A stretch of DNA of 64,000 nt from assembly GCA_019057475.1 (NCBI GenBank), contig DXJO01000008.1, forward strand, positions 82,621 to 146,620, in the 5' to 3' direction. Shown in pieces: positions 37,247 through 47,442 of this stretch; positions within the stretch are counted from its first letter, which is position 1; each line of letters opens with the position of its first letter. The notes beneath the pieces are model-generated. The model did not search any database. It was not told the origin of the DNA and saw only the letters and a list, made by a program, of their open reading frames with translations. A program made the translations under genes and the position numbers. The DNA is from Candidatus Thorarchaeota archaeon. Lineage in GTDB: Archaea; Asgardarchaeota; Thorarchaeia; Thorarchaeales; Thorarchaeaceae.

Positions 37247-38042
37247 TCTTCTTGCTGAAGAGCTCCCATGCCTTTGGAATGAGAGCCTCCGCATCCTCGT
37301 GGCTGATCCCTGATGAGATCACGACATCGACGAACTTGCTCTCGCCTTTGTCAAGGGTTCCAAGGTTCCACTGCACTGCGACTGCAACATCCCTTGGTCC
37401 CAGCTCGAGGTTGTTCTTCAGGTCGCGGTAGGTATCTGTCACCTTTAGCTTCAGCGGAGGCGATATCTCCCAACCGGCTGGCTTGGGCTTTGAGGCCAGT
37501 TCCACATGGAGTGGCGCTTCATCCCAGATCCGCATGACGCCTGTTTCTGGGTCGAATCTAGCCATGTCGTCCCTGTAGCTGGGCGGACCGCCAATATCGA
37601 AGTCCATCAGGTTGTAGACCCTCAGGTCTTCCAGTGGCGAACCGCTTATATTCGTCGTCCGATGGCGCATCAACAGGAATGGCCTGTTGAAGGTCCACAA
37701 GGCGATATCGAACATGGCCATTGGGACAGTCTGACCCTCTGGAGTGTATTCCAGAGCCAGTTCGAACCGTTTCTGCTTGTACTCCCTCCGCTTCACGGAA
37801 TAGGACTGCTCTTCTGTGGACATAGCACAGAAGACCTGTCCGCCGCTTCTGAATGTTGACCAGAAGCCACTTCTGTACCCGGCGGGATTCCGAAGCAGTA
37901 GGCGGTCTTTGCCGGTGGGATCAATCAAGCTGAGGCGTTTGATGTAGAAACCTAGGCGACCTTTTCGTCAGCTTGTGCACTCGACATTGTACGCGAGGTC
38001 AAGCCTAGGACGTCGGCTGCCAGTCTCTAGTATCTCAGACAT
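37239..38042 (-). CDS. Candidate selenoprotein, 267 aa (N-terminal CxxU; beta-sandwich-like body)
   Basis: ATG 38042 with AAGTGA SD-like site reads MSEILETGSRRPRLDLAYNVEC-T-S-UGA(37968-37970)-RKGRLGFYIKRLSL in frame into the track ORF 37239..37928; SECIS-like hairpin at the 3' end. Confidence 0.75.
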
Positions 38043-38184
38043 GACCGATCACTTGTTCCTATGCACCATCACTTTTATTCAGGTCTTGATATAAATCTGG
38101 TCAGATGTGTGTACATGCTTTGCGAGGTCGCAAAGTTGATAAAGCGCATTCAGAAACCGAGGCCCGATTAGGTGAGCTTCCCCT

Positions 38185-39420
38185 GTGACCACTCTTACTG
38201 TCGACCAGCTCGACAAATGGTATCGAAAGCGCTTGGCAACGCAGTCGAAGGACTTCATCAAACGCGCTGAGAAAAGCCATAAGAATGTAAGCCAGACTCT
38301 CAAGGATGTTGGGACGATTGCAGGGGATCTGGAAGACAATGCAAAAGACGATTCTGAAACCATTGGGATTGCCAGCCGATTTGCAATGAAACTGGACGGC
38401 ATTGTCAAGAGATTCGAAGTTAAGCAGGATATCACATACGAAAGCACTGAGGCCATGCAAGAGGAGATTCAGCGCTTTATCCAGGAGTTGTGGGGTGCCG
38501 GTGCTCGCTGGATTCGCAGGATGGATAAGAGGCACAAGAATACAATCAAAATGCTTGACACCTACATGAAGGAGCTTTCTAAGGAGATGAAGGTCCTTGG
38601 TAAGTTGCTTTACGAGTTCAGCTGGGTCAAGGACTTGGAACGCATTGGTGGGCGAATCCAGACATTGAGCGAACTAACCTACAGCGCTGAGGGGTTCGAG
38701 GAGCAGATCCGTCAGATTCAGCTCAAGATTGACGCGGCCACGAAAGAGCATTCAACTGCTGCGCAAGCTTACAATGAATTCACTGAAACATCTAATGTCG
38801 CAGAGCTGCTCTCGCTAGACGAGGAATCGGAGCACATCGCTGCGCTGCTCCGGATGAGGCTCAGCCCTTTGAAAAAACAAGTCAAGAAGTTCATGCAGCG
38901 TGATACCGGTGTGAGGGTGTCCCCTTCCAGTCAGAGAGCATTGGCCAATTACTTCGAGGATCCTCTGACTGCAATAATTGCAGAGCCTGATGGCACTCCT
39001 GGCTTAGTTGAGGGTCTAGAAGGCTTGCAGAAAGCTCTTGACACCGGCAAGTTGAAACTTAAGGACCGGCTAGCACGTCGTGCTTCTGAGGAGATTGAAG
39101 CGATAAAGAATGGCTCCATAAGCAATCTTCAACTACAAGCAAAGGAACTGGACGAGAAGCGTCGAACTTTCGCAGGGTCAGATGTTTACAAGAAAAGCGC
39201 CGCCCTCGCAGAGCGTTTGAACGAAGCTTCAAGGAACTTGGAGTATCATACGAATGACCTCCTAAAGGTTGGAGCTGACATTAGGAAACAGATAGCTCGA
39301 GTTGAAGAATTCAAAACACGCATTGAATCCGAGATACTGGAATTCTTTGAAGACACAATCTCAATTAAAATCGATAAGCTAGGTTTGGAGCCATTACTGG
39401 CACGTTGCGTCGTTAGCTGA
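38185..39420 (+). CDS. Coiled-coil hypothetical protein
   Basis: 411-aa helical, charge-rich ORF; AGGTGA SD before the GTG. Confidence 0.8.
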   Translation: MTTLTVDQLDKWYRKRLATQSKDFIKRAEKSHKNVSQTLKDVGTIAGDLEDNAKDDSETIGIASRFAMKLDGIVKRFEVKQDITYESTEAMQEEIQRFIQELWGAGARWIRRMDKRHKNTIKMLDTYMKELSKEMKVLGKLLYEFSWVKDLERIGGRIQTLSELTYSAEGFEEQIRQIQLKIDAATKEHSTAAQAYNEFTETSNVAELLSLDEESEHIAALLRMRLSPLKKQVKKFMQRDTGVRVSPSSQRALANYFEDPLTAIIAEPDGTPGLVEGLEGLQKALDTGKLKLKDRLARRASEEIEAIKNGSISNLQLQAKELDEKRRTFAGSDVYKKSAALAERLNEASRNLEYHTNDLLKVGADIRKQIARVEEFKTRIESEILEFFEDTISIKIDKLGLEPLLARCVVS

Positions 39421-39421
39421 C

Positions 39422-40261
39422 TTGAGGTGCGCAGCCTTGCGAATTCTTGTAACATCGGAAAAGGATATCGCCAGCCAAACGATTCGAAACGTCCTGATAG
39501 AAGAACATGGATTCCTGGAAACCGGAGATACATTCGAGGGCAATCCGATTCTATCATCAGATGAATCGATCTTACTGATTACTTCTACTCGTGACATGAT
39601 TTTCTGTAACCATCTGGAGTCGCACTTTGATGCCGAAGTGTTCATCTTCTGTTCGCGCCACAGGGCTGAATCCGGACAACCTGCCTTGCTGGTCCACAGT
39701 ACAGGCAACCTTGGTCAAGAAGCGCTCTTTGGTGGTAATCCCCAACATCTCTCCGTATCAACAGCATCTCTGGTAGCAGTCGCTCTGAAACGGCTTTACA
39801 AAGAACAAGCAGATCGCAAATTGGATGCCTTCGATGTGACAATGGAAGTCACACACCATGGGCCCACCACAATGAATGCCCCCCTGTTGTTTATCGAACT
39901 GGGCAGCGATGAAGCCCACTGGCGACACGAGGAAGGTGCGCGTGCAGTTGCTGCAGCGGCACTCGACTGCGCAAGAGAGCCGTTTGCAAAAGATGCAGTC
40001 ATCGGGTTTGGGGGTACACACTACGCCAGCAAATTCAACAAATTAGTTTTGGAGCGCAATCTGCGTGTTGGTCATATGGCTCCGAAATACGCAATACCTG
40101 GTCTAACTCGCGATGTTGTACTTCAGATGATGAATAGGTCTCGCGAAACCGTGAAGACCGCCGTTATCGATTGGAAAGGCACAAACGCTGAGCAAAAGGC
40201 GCACCTCCTCCCGCTGCTTGAAAGTCTTGGCCTGGATGTTGTGCGAGCAAAGCGCGTATAG
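39422..40261 (+). CDS. dtdA: Archaeal D-aminoacyl-tRNA deacylase (DTD2)
   Basis: SRH, VHSTGN, EVTHHGPT, FIELGS, GFGGTHYA, KYA. Confidence 0.93.
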   Translation: MRCAALRILVTSEKDIASQTIRNVLIEEHGFLETGDTFEGNPILSSDESILLITSTRDMIFCNHLESHFDAEVFIFCSRHRAESGQPALLVHSTGNLGQEALFGGNPQHLSVSTASLVAVALKRLYKEQADRKLDAFDVTMEVTHHGPTTMNAPLLFIELGSDEAHWRHEEGARAVAAAALDCAREPFAKDAVIGFGGTHYASKFNKLVLERNLRVGHMAPKYAIPGLTRDVVLQMMNRSRETVKTAVIDWKGTNAEQKAHLLPLLESLGLDVVRAKRV

Positions 40262-40412
40262 ACTTCAGGTGCCCTTTCTCACTCATTCACGGTTCTCAAC
40301 GATTCCTGATGTCCCCCACAGCGTTGTTTTACGTTTTCGTAATCTTCTCCCGAAAGCCTAAATACCGGACTCACATCTCAAGCAGCACTCACACGCCCAA
40401 GTAGGGGAAATT

Positions 40413-41444
40413 ATGTCCACCCTAAAAGACGCAGCATCTAACAAGCTTGAAGAAAAAGTTGACAAACTGGCAGAGAGTCTAGCCACGATTGTCAACGAGC
40501 TAAAAGTGCTTTCTTCTGTCAAGGACATGGCCAAGAAGATGGGCGCGCTAGAAGCAGAAGTCAATGACATTAAGACGGCACTAGATCCATTGTCCAAGAT
40601 TGATGATTTGCTCGCCTCAGTCAATGGCATCGACAAGAATGTCGTTGGGATTGTCGAGTCAAGGGAGTACGAGGTCGTTCTGAAGAAAATTGATGATCTT
40701 CTGGTGTCCTCTCAAGACTTGGATGCGGGACTAGCAGAGATTAGGAACTCCAATGCCTTGAGTGAGCTTGGAAAGAAGGTGGAGGCGGTGTCAAGCTCGG
40801 TGTCAGACATTAGCAAGAACATCGAGTTCACTCGCGCAGGGCGCAGTCTCGAAACGCTGGAAACCAAGATTGATGACCTTCAGCAGTATGTCGCTGGTCT
40901 CTCATCGCTGGAAAGCAGCATTCAGGACCTCTCCGGGACATTTGATGAAACCCGTGAGATAGTCAGTATTATCGTGCGACAGTTGGATGACATTGAGCGC
41001 AAATACAACAAGTCAGTTGAAGAGATTCGCAAGGTTGTTGAAGATGTTTCACAGGTGACCCGTACGGTTAGTGAAGATCCATCTGCAATCAAGACAACTA
41101 AGAAAACCGCGAAGACTACAAAGCGCAAGGAAATTGAAAAGAAGACTCCGCCTGCGGCTGAGGAGATAGTACTCCCTGGCACAATCGATGGAATCATGAA
41201 GCATCTTCTGGAAAAGGTATCCCCTGCAACTGAGGCTGTTGAGATGGCCAACGCATTGGAGACCGTTCGGGACCAATTGACCACGATGATTACTGGCGGT
41301 ACCCCTGTCTTGTTCCAGTTCGGCAAGAGAGCGAGGGAGCTCAAATCGTACCCACCAACCGCAACTTTGAACGAGAATGACATTGCTCGACTCAACAGTG
41401 AAATCCGCAACTGGTCAACCAAGCTAAAGGAAGTTACCAAATAG
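40413..41444 (+). CDS. Coiled-coil protein with C-terminal helical domain
   Basis: About 210 aa of heptad-like repeats (KIDDL recurring), K/T-rich linker, ~90-aa terminal domain. Confidence 0.8.
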   Translation: MSTLKDAASNKLEEKVDKLAESLATIVNELKVLSSVKDMAKKMGALEAEVNDIKTALDPLSKIDDLLASVNGIDKNVVGIVESREYEVVLKKIDDLLVSSQDLDAGLAEIRNSNALSELGKKVEAVSSSVSDISKNIEFTRAGRSLETLETKIDDLQQYVAGLSSLESSIQDLSGTFDETREIVSIIVRQLDDIERKYNKSVEEIRKVVEDVSQVTRTVSEDPSAIKTTKKTAKTTKRKEIEKKTPPAAEEIVLPGTIDGIMKHLLEKVSPATEAVEMANALETVRDQLTTMITGGTPVLFQFGKRARELKSYPPTATLNENDIARLNSEIRNWSTKLKEVTK

Positions 41445-41666
41445 GATTCGGCCTTTCTCTGTCCCGTTTGGAGTCTAATGCTTCCAACTTGTCCCAGACA
41501 ATCGCAATTGCACGTAATTACTGCATTATCCCGGTTGACCACGCGCATAACTTTATTTCATTGAAAGCACAGATGCGCAATTGAATCTCGCTCGCGACTG
41601 TTTGGGTCGTTAACGAGGGTTGACCATCTTGGTCATAGTACTACTGGGCTATCTTTAAGCAACGGG

Positions 41667-42494
41667 TTGAAAACTAAAATGAAACTGAAGAAGCATAACA
41701 CGACTTTCGCCACTAAAATGGACTTGTTGGATGTGACAGCTGATAATCAGCTGGCGAAAGAGCTAATGGAATTGCACGAAAACAAGTGTCGTGTGTGTCA
41801 AGAGGATCGATTAAGCTGCACAGTGCGTCCTTCGTGCAAAAACAGGAATTTCCTGAACATGTTGATTGAACTGGGTATTGAACCTGAGGATCTCCCAAGT
41901 TTCTGTTACAGCCAGTATCTCAATCATGTCCAGAGGTTCGTTACGGAGCAGAAGGGACGCCGAATGATTGACCGCAGGCTTCCAATCAAAGATTTCCTCT
42001 CAGCACTGCGTGTGAGTTCGATTAGACACTTCACAACGAAGTTCAAGAAGACTTGGTCCAAGTCGGCCTTAATTCAAAGAAAGAATACCATGCTTGTGGC
42101 TGGTGACGGTCTGCTTTTCCACTTTGACTTTGCTCGCGGCATAGTCGTAATGAATCCCGTGCACGTAAAGATCAAAAGCCTTGAAGTGTTCAAGCTCTAC
42201 GCAGACTTGTTCTCGAAGTACTATGACTTGAAGTCAGAGGTTAAGGATGTAACTCTGAACTGGTGGATACTCAGTATCGCGGTTGATGTTGAGGGCACTG
42301 TTGAGAGTATAAAGCCTGTAAAAAGCAAACTCTCTGGCAGTTTTGATGCTCTCAATGTAGAAGCATTTGAGAATGTCGTAAACATTCATGCTGAGGTCAT
42401 TATCGATGAGAATCGGAAACCTCTCTTTGTGGATGACATTGAGAAGGCATTCACTGTGAGCTCCAAGCTGAGATTGGGCGAGATTAGTAACTAG
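41667..42494 (+). CDS. Hypothetical protein with N-terminal Cys cluster
   Basis: H..KCRVC...C...C...FCY; no family recognised. Confidence 0.75.
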   Translation: MKTKMKLKKHNTTFATKMDLLDVTADNQLAKELMELHENKCRVCQEDRLSCTVRPSCKNRNFLNMLIELGIEPEDLPSFCYSQYLNHVQRFVTEQKGRRMIDRRLPIKDFLSALRVSSIRHFTTKFKKTWSKSALIQRKNTMLVAGDGLLFHFDFARGIVVMNPVHVKIKSLEVFKLYADLFSKYYDLKSEVKDVTLNWWILSIAVDVEGTVESIKPVKSKLSGSFDALNVEAFENVVNIHAEVIIDENRKPLFVDDIEKAFTVSSKLRLGEISN

Positions 42495-42518
42495 GTAGTA
42501 CAGTCCAGATTCTGAGTC

Positions 42519-45500
42519 TTGGACTGTCATTGGATGGGATGCAATTTGACTGAGAATGCAGTTGTAGAATATATGCCTGTCTTGAAGGCGAATCTAGGTC
42601 TAACAGACCTTGAAGCCAAGGTTATGCTGCCCATTTACTTGGGCGGGAACATGACACCTGGCGCCGTCGCCATGATTTCGGGCGAGAAACTTCCCAGAGT
42701 GAATCGCACTCTGGGTAGATTAGAAAGTAAAGGATTTGTCGTTAAGGTCGAGGGTGTAGTGCCTATTTTCAGACCAGTTCCGGCAGTACTCTCCATGACT
42801 GGTGAGCTCAATTCTATGGTTGAGAATATCGAGGGATTGGCGCATGCCTCTCTCAGTGCATTGGACAACCAGATACAGCAAACTGAGGAGTCGGCTGTTG
42901 AGATTAGGGACACGCAAACCACAGCAAGTGAGCGCACAAGGACAATCCTAGAGAATTACGAAAACAAAATGCTTCAAACCGTGCTGAGTCAGGTAGAGCT
43001 AGTCGTCGATACTGCGACCAATGTCTTGACTGGGTACTCACAGAAAATCGAAGAAGCAGTGACAGGGCTGGACACGAGTCTGGATGACGCTCTGGGGATA
43101 AAGCTGGCGGACCTTCAAGCTGAACTGGATAAAAGCCAGATACAACTCAAGCAGGACCTCAAGGTGATATCCCGCGACTTTGACAAGGGCGTCAAACGGG
43201 AACGTGCGCCCTCACTAACTGCACTATCGGATTTCGATAAGAAAGTCCAAGCGCTCATCAAGAAGTCAAAGAACGCAGTTTCCACTGCACTCACAGACTC
43301 AGAAAAAGCAATTCAGAGTGTATCCCTTGATGTGTCCCAGAAGACAAGCTCACAGGTTCTTGGCACCATTGATAAGACTCTTGTAAATCTCGGTTCTTCA
43401 GCAGATTCCTTGACTGCATCTCTCGATCAGTTAGACAAAGATCTCAGTCAAGCATCAAGGGTCGCTCATGACTCACTCACCTCTCTGATAAGTCAAACAA
43501 GATTGATGTCGAACGAGCAGGCGGATCTAACTCGCATAAAGATTCTCAATGCATTCAAGGTCACCGAATCTGCTACTGACGCACTAGATTCCTGGAAAAC
43601 AGATGTCAGAGGAATCATGGATGTTGCATCCCACTCCATGACCGCGCAGTTCGAGCAGGCGGCAGTGACAGAGCGAAACTACCTAGATGCAAACAAGAAT
43701 ACACTTGTAGCCTATCTTGACAAGATTCGCACCATTGTTAGTGAGGAGTACAGCACTCTCCAGAGCTTGGCAGTGGCGATTGACAGTGAGTTCGCCAAGC
43801 ATCTCGACGAAACCAAAATATCGATGATGGGCTTATTCCGCAACGAGCTTGAGGCTGACGAAACAACCCTTGAGGTCGCAACTGAGAAGCTACGCAAAGA
43901 CTTGAACCGATGGTCAACTAAAACGGGGCGGTCAGTTAGAAGGAAAGCGTCGAAGGCTGGCAAAGAGGTGATCGAGGTTCTTGATGGCAAAATTGCTGAA
44001 GTAGACACCATGACCGAGAAAATGTTCAACGAGGTCAAGTCTTCGCTTGGTGCAGTCACCGCAACGGCGGGCACTAAGAACGAAACAATTCTCACTGCCA
44101 TTAATAAGAGCGCACAGAAATTCGAGAAAGATGTTGATGCTAAACTTGGGGGTGTCACTACACGTTTTTCCTCGATAGCGGACAAGTACGTCACTGGAGC
44201 GGGAGTGCTCTATGAAAATCTAAATACAAGATTCGACGACCGAGTCAGTCAGTCAGTCAAGTCCTTGAGTTCGAGCGTAGAGCGAGCACGACAAGAGATT
44301 GACACCATGATGGAAGACCAGATGACCAGAATTGATTTCCATGCCTCTGAGATTCGAAAGGAGTTCCACATGCAGGTTGAGGATATCTCAAGGCAGTTCA
44401 TTAACATGACTCAAGGATTGGAAGCTGCTTTCGGAGGGCTTGTGGCGAGTCAGATAGTCGAAACACGCGATTTCATCGCATCCACACACACCGAGTTCAA
44501 TGCAGCTCTGAATGCTGAGATGAATGCTCTTCGAGATGATTCCGAGAAGCTCCAAGTCGGGTATTCCTCAGAGATGACTCAACGCATAGAGAATCTCCGA
44601 GATTCGGCGAGTGTAATGCGCAAGACCCTAGAAGAGCTTGCCAAGGAGAAACGGCTGGAGATGTCCTCCTCCATAGCGGGCACGCTAACTCAGCTTGAAA
44701 GTGCGACAAATGAAATACAGAAATCGCTTGAGAGCCTCGAAACAGATACGATTAAGGAAATCAATGATGACCTAGCAGAGTTCTCCGAGGAATTCACAGA
44801 GGCTCTTACGACGGCCAAGACGAACCTCACTGATCAGCTTTCAAATCTCAGTGAAGCAACTACAACCGACCTGGAGCGGGGAACAAAGCTTGTCAGGGAC
44901 ATAGCAGACTCTTACTTCACGGAGCACATGGATTCCCATCAGAGGCTTATCGCAAGCACGAGCAAAAAACTAGATTCACTCTCAACTGCCATAACTACAG
45001 GATCATCCCGTAAGGTTGAGGCGTTTCAAGCGAATCTTGCGAAGTCTGAGAAGACTGGACTACGTGGAAGGAATGCTGTGAAGACCGAGATAGCGGAAGC
45101 AATAGAGAACCATAGGACAGAAGCCAGTCAGGCGTTTGAGGGGGCTGCTGCGCGGGTTGATTCCGGTCTATCGAACACAGCTGATTCTATTACAATACTT
45201 GGTGACAAGCTCAACAACGACTTGATGGCGGTTCAGCAGCAAATCGCCCGGGCAGCCAACGATGCCGCGAAGCTTCTCGCAGAGAAGAGCCGCGAAAATT
45301 TAGAAATACTTGAAGAAACGGGAGTTTCGCTCTTCCAGAAGGCGGAGGATACTTTCCGGGAGCACGCTGTAACCTTTGGCAACACAAGTGCTGCCGCATT
45401 AAAACAAGGTGAGGATAGCATGTCCGACCTACCAGAGCTCATTTCAGATATCGTGGATGGCTGTCTCAAGCAAGCGATAAGTGACGCATCGAAGGATTTC

Positions 45501-46433
45501 GGCGATGTTACGGGCAATCTGACTGGATCTTTCTCAGAGTGTGAAAGATCTGCTGAATCCGCAGCCACTGAATTCAAGGAGTTCGTGGAGCGGGTGTCAA
45601 TGAATGTGACGAAAGTTCGTGATTCGGCCTTTGAGAATTCCCAACAAAGTGTTCTCTTGGCCAACCAACATGCATCTAGGAAATTCGAGTCGATCGGTTT
45701 GGACCTAAGAGCGCGTTTCAGCACTGAATCGCATGGGCTGATTGAAGCTGTGCGAAATGACTCTGCAGCAAGAACACTACAGGTTACCAATGCAGGGATA
45801 AAAGCAACAAATGCAGCTGAAGAAACAACAGCGGTCCTGTCACAGTCGCGGAGCGAGGCGTTTAACAAACTGGCCACATCCACGGACAAGACCTTGACTC
45901 GCTGGGCGAACAACGAGAAGAAACAAGCAACATCCTTGCACAAACAAGTGGAAGAAACAGCAACCAGTTTGACAGAATCTGTCAATAGGACTGTGGAAAC
46001 TATGGAGGCAGTTCGTAAAGCTGGTGAAGGATTATTGAAGGTTTCAGCTGAGAAGACATGGTATCTGACAGGCGAGGATGAAACATGTGCTTACATCATG
46101 GACATGGTGCAGAGGGCTGAGGAATCTGTGGTCGTATCCGTTCTGAGCACAGAGTGTTTAGATCTGAAGAAACTGAGTAGGATGAAAGCACCAAAGCGAA
46201 GAGTGCTCATCGTACCCCATACAGACGAACCAGCGCTTGAGGATTTGCACGGTTGGCGAATATGGCACGTGAAGACACCTGTACTCTTTGCGGTAGCAGA
46301 TGACCGTGAGATTTTTCTAGGCGGGGCGGAGGAGTCTGACTTCCCGCTTGGCGTTGTATCCACGGACGAAGCGTACGTGCGCCTCTACCACGATGTTATA
46401 GGCCCCCGGCTTATACGTAGTCGAGTCCAATAG
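42519..46433 (+). CDS. Giant TrmB-like protein: winged helix + ~1100-aa helical repeat + PLD-like effector domain
   Basis: LGLTDLEAKV...PRVNRTLGRLESKGFV...PIFRPVP; C-terminal TWYLTG...DMVQRAEESVVV...VADDREIFLG. Start uncertain. Confidence 0.8.
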   Translation: MDCHWMGCNLTENAVVEYMPVLKANLGLTDLEAKVMLPIYLGGNMTPGAVAMISGEKLPRVNRTLGRLESKGFVVKVEGVVPIFRPVPAVLSMTGELNSMVENIEGLAHASLSALDNQIQQTEESAVEIRDTQTTASERTRTILENYENKMLQTVLSQVELVVDTATNVLTGYSQKIEEAVTGLDTSLDDALGIKLADLQAELDKSQIQLKQDLKVISRDFDKGVKRERAPSLTALSDFDKKVQALIKKSKNAVSTALTDSEKAIQSVSLDVSQKTSSQVLGTIDKTLVNLGSSADSLTASLDQLDKDLSQASRVAHDSLTSLISQTRLMSNEQADLTRIKILNAFKVTESATDALDSWKTDVRGIMDVASHSMTAQFEQAAVTERNYLDANKNTLVAYLDKIRTIVSEEYSTLQSLAVAIDSEFAKHLDETKISMMGLFRNELEADETTLEVATEKLRKDLNRWSTKTGRSVRRKASKAGKEVIEVLDGKIAEVDTMTEKMFNEVKSSLGAVTATAGTKNETILTAINKSAQKFEKDVDAKLGGVTTRFSSIADKYVTGAGVLYENLNTRFDDRVSQSVKSLSSSVERARQEIDTMMEDQMTRIDFHASEIRKEFHMQVEDISRQFINMTQGLEAAFGGLVASQIVETRDFIASTHTEFNAALNAEMNALRDDSEKLQVGYSSEMTQRIENLRDSASVMRKTLEELAKEKRLEMSSSIAGTLTQLESATNEIQKSLESLETDTIKEINDDLAEFSEEFTEALTTAKTNLTDQLSNLSEATTTDLERGTKLVRDIADSYFTEHMDSHQRLIASTSKKLDSLSTAITTGSSRKVEAFQANLAKSEKTGLRGRNAVKTEIAEAIENHRTEASQAFEGAAARVDSGLSNTADSITILGDKLNNDLMAVQQQIARAANDAAKLLAEKSRENLEILEETGVSLFQKAEDTFREHAVTFGNTSAAALKQGEDSMSDLPELISDIVDGCLKQAISDASKDFGDVTGNLTGSFSECERSAESAATEFKEFVERVSMNVTKVRDSAFENSQQSVLLANQHASRKFESIGLDLRARFSTESHGLIEAVRNDSAARTLQVTNAGIKATNAAEETTAVLSQSRSEAFNKLATSTDKTLTRWANNEKKQATSLHKQVEETATSLTESVNRTVETMEAVRKAGEGLLKVSAEKTWYLTGEDETCAYIMDMVQRAEESVVVSVLSTECLDLKKLSRMKAPKRRVLIVPHTDEPALEDLHGWRIWHVKTPVLFAVADDREIFLGGAEESDFPLGVVSTDEAYVRLYHDVIGPRLIRSRVQ

Positions 46434-46901
46434 TCAAAGTGTGATGGAGTAGATGATTGCATCTTCATCTTCGTAGTAGTCGGGTACACTACCCGACTCC
46501 TCCATTCCCATCCTCTCATAGAACCGGCGCGCAGTAAAGTTGCTCTCACGCACCTCAAGGGTGGTTGTTTTGATTCCTCTCACAGTCAATGAGTCAAACA
46601 CGTGTTGGAGTAGGCTCCTACCGAAGCCCCTTCTCTGCAGATTCTTGCTAACAGCGATATTCAGCACTCTGCCTTCGGACGTATCTGGACAATCCTCCCA
46701 GACGACGTATCCAGCCACACTGCCGTTGTTCTCGATGACTTGCATGGATGCTTGTTTTCCTCTACCCAGAGTGATACATCCCTCCGAGCTAGCCAGCGTG
46801 GCAAATACATCTATGTCCCAAGGACTAGGGAAGCAGCTGTCCTCAATGGTTTTCACTGCGATTACGTCGTCAATTCGCACGGGTCTTGTTCTGTCTGGCA
46901 T
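46434..46901 (-). CDS. rimI: RimI/Ard1-family N-acetyltransferase
   Basis: IE..CFPSPW, NIAV...QRRGFG, LEVRESN..A..FYE, YY.DEDAIIY. Confidence 0.88.
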   Translation of the reverse strand: MPDRTRPVRIDDVIAVKTIEDSCFPSPWDIDVFATLASSEGCITLGRGKQASMQVIENNGSVAGYVVWEDCPDTSEGRVLNIAVSKNLQRRGFGRSLLQHVFDSLTVRGIKTTTLEVRESNFTARRFYERMGMEESGSVPDYYEDEDAIIYSITL

Positions 46902-46923
46902 CTGACTCTCTCCTGACGATCTG

Positions 46924-47307
46924 CTAGTCCTCGTTCTCGAAGCCCCTCTGGCATCCATCAATAGGTCTACCGCAACTGGGGCAAAAGGACGCTCGTGATG
47001 GCAGTGCGCCCTCGCAATGGTCGCATAGCGAGTCTACTCTAAGATAACGAGTGTGCAGGCGTGTACCGTCTTCGAATCCTCCAGCCTGAACTAGATCTAA
47101 GACCCCCTTTACAAACCATAGAGCGATTCCCAGAGTAATGATCAGTATGACTACTTCAGCAACTGGACCCAAGCCACTGGCGATGACGAACGGGAATACG
47201 AAGACGAAACCTGTTTCTTCGCCTGTCGAGCTAAGAGCAATCATCGCCATTCCCGCCCCAAGTAGGATGAATCCAGTAACGATGATTGCCAAATGTTTCT
47301 CCTTCAT
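46924..47307 (-). CDS. Small membrane protein with C-terminal zinc ribbon
   Basis: Two to three hydrophobic segments; CDHC...FCPSCG. Confidence 0.75.
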   Translation of the reverse strand: MKEKHLAIIVTGFILLGAGMAMIALSSTGEETGFVFVFPFVIASGLGPVAEVVILIITLGIALWFVKGVLDLVQAGGFEDGTRLHTRYLRVDSLCDHCEGALPSRASFCPSCGRPIDGCQRGFENED

Positions 47308-47442
47308 CGCACGGCCTCCTCTTCTTCCCATGAGCGCTCCATTGATGGGGCTAAAAAAACCTGTGGCACCACCGGCGTTGCCTGAATCACACAAGACATA
47401 TCAATATCTAGGCCTGTGATAAAGGCACGACAGTGATTTGAC

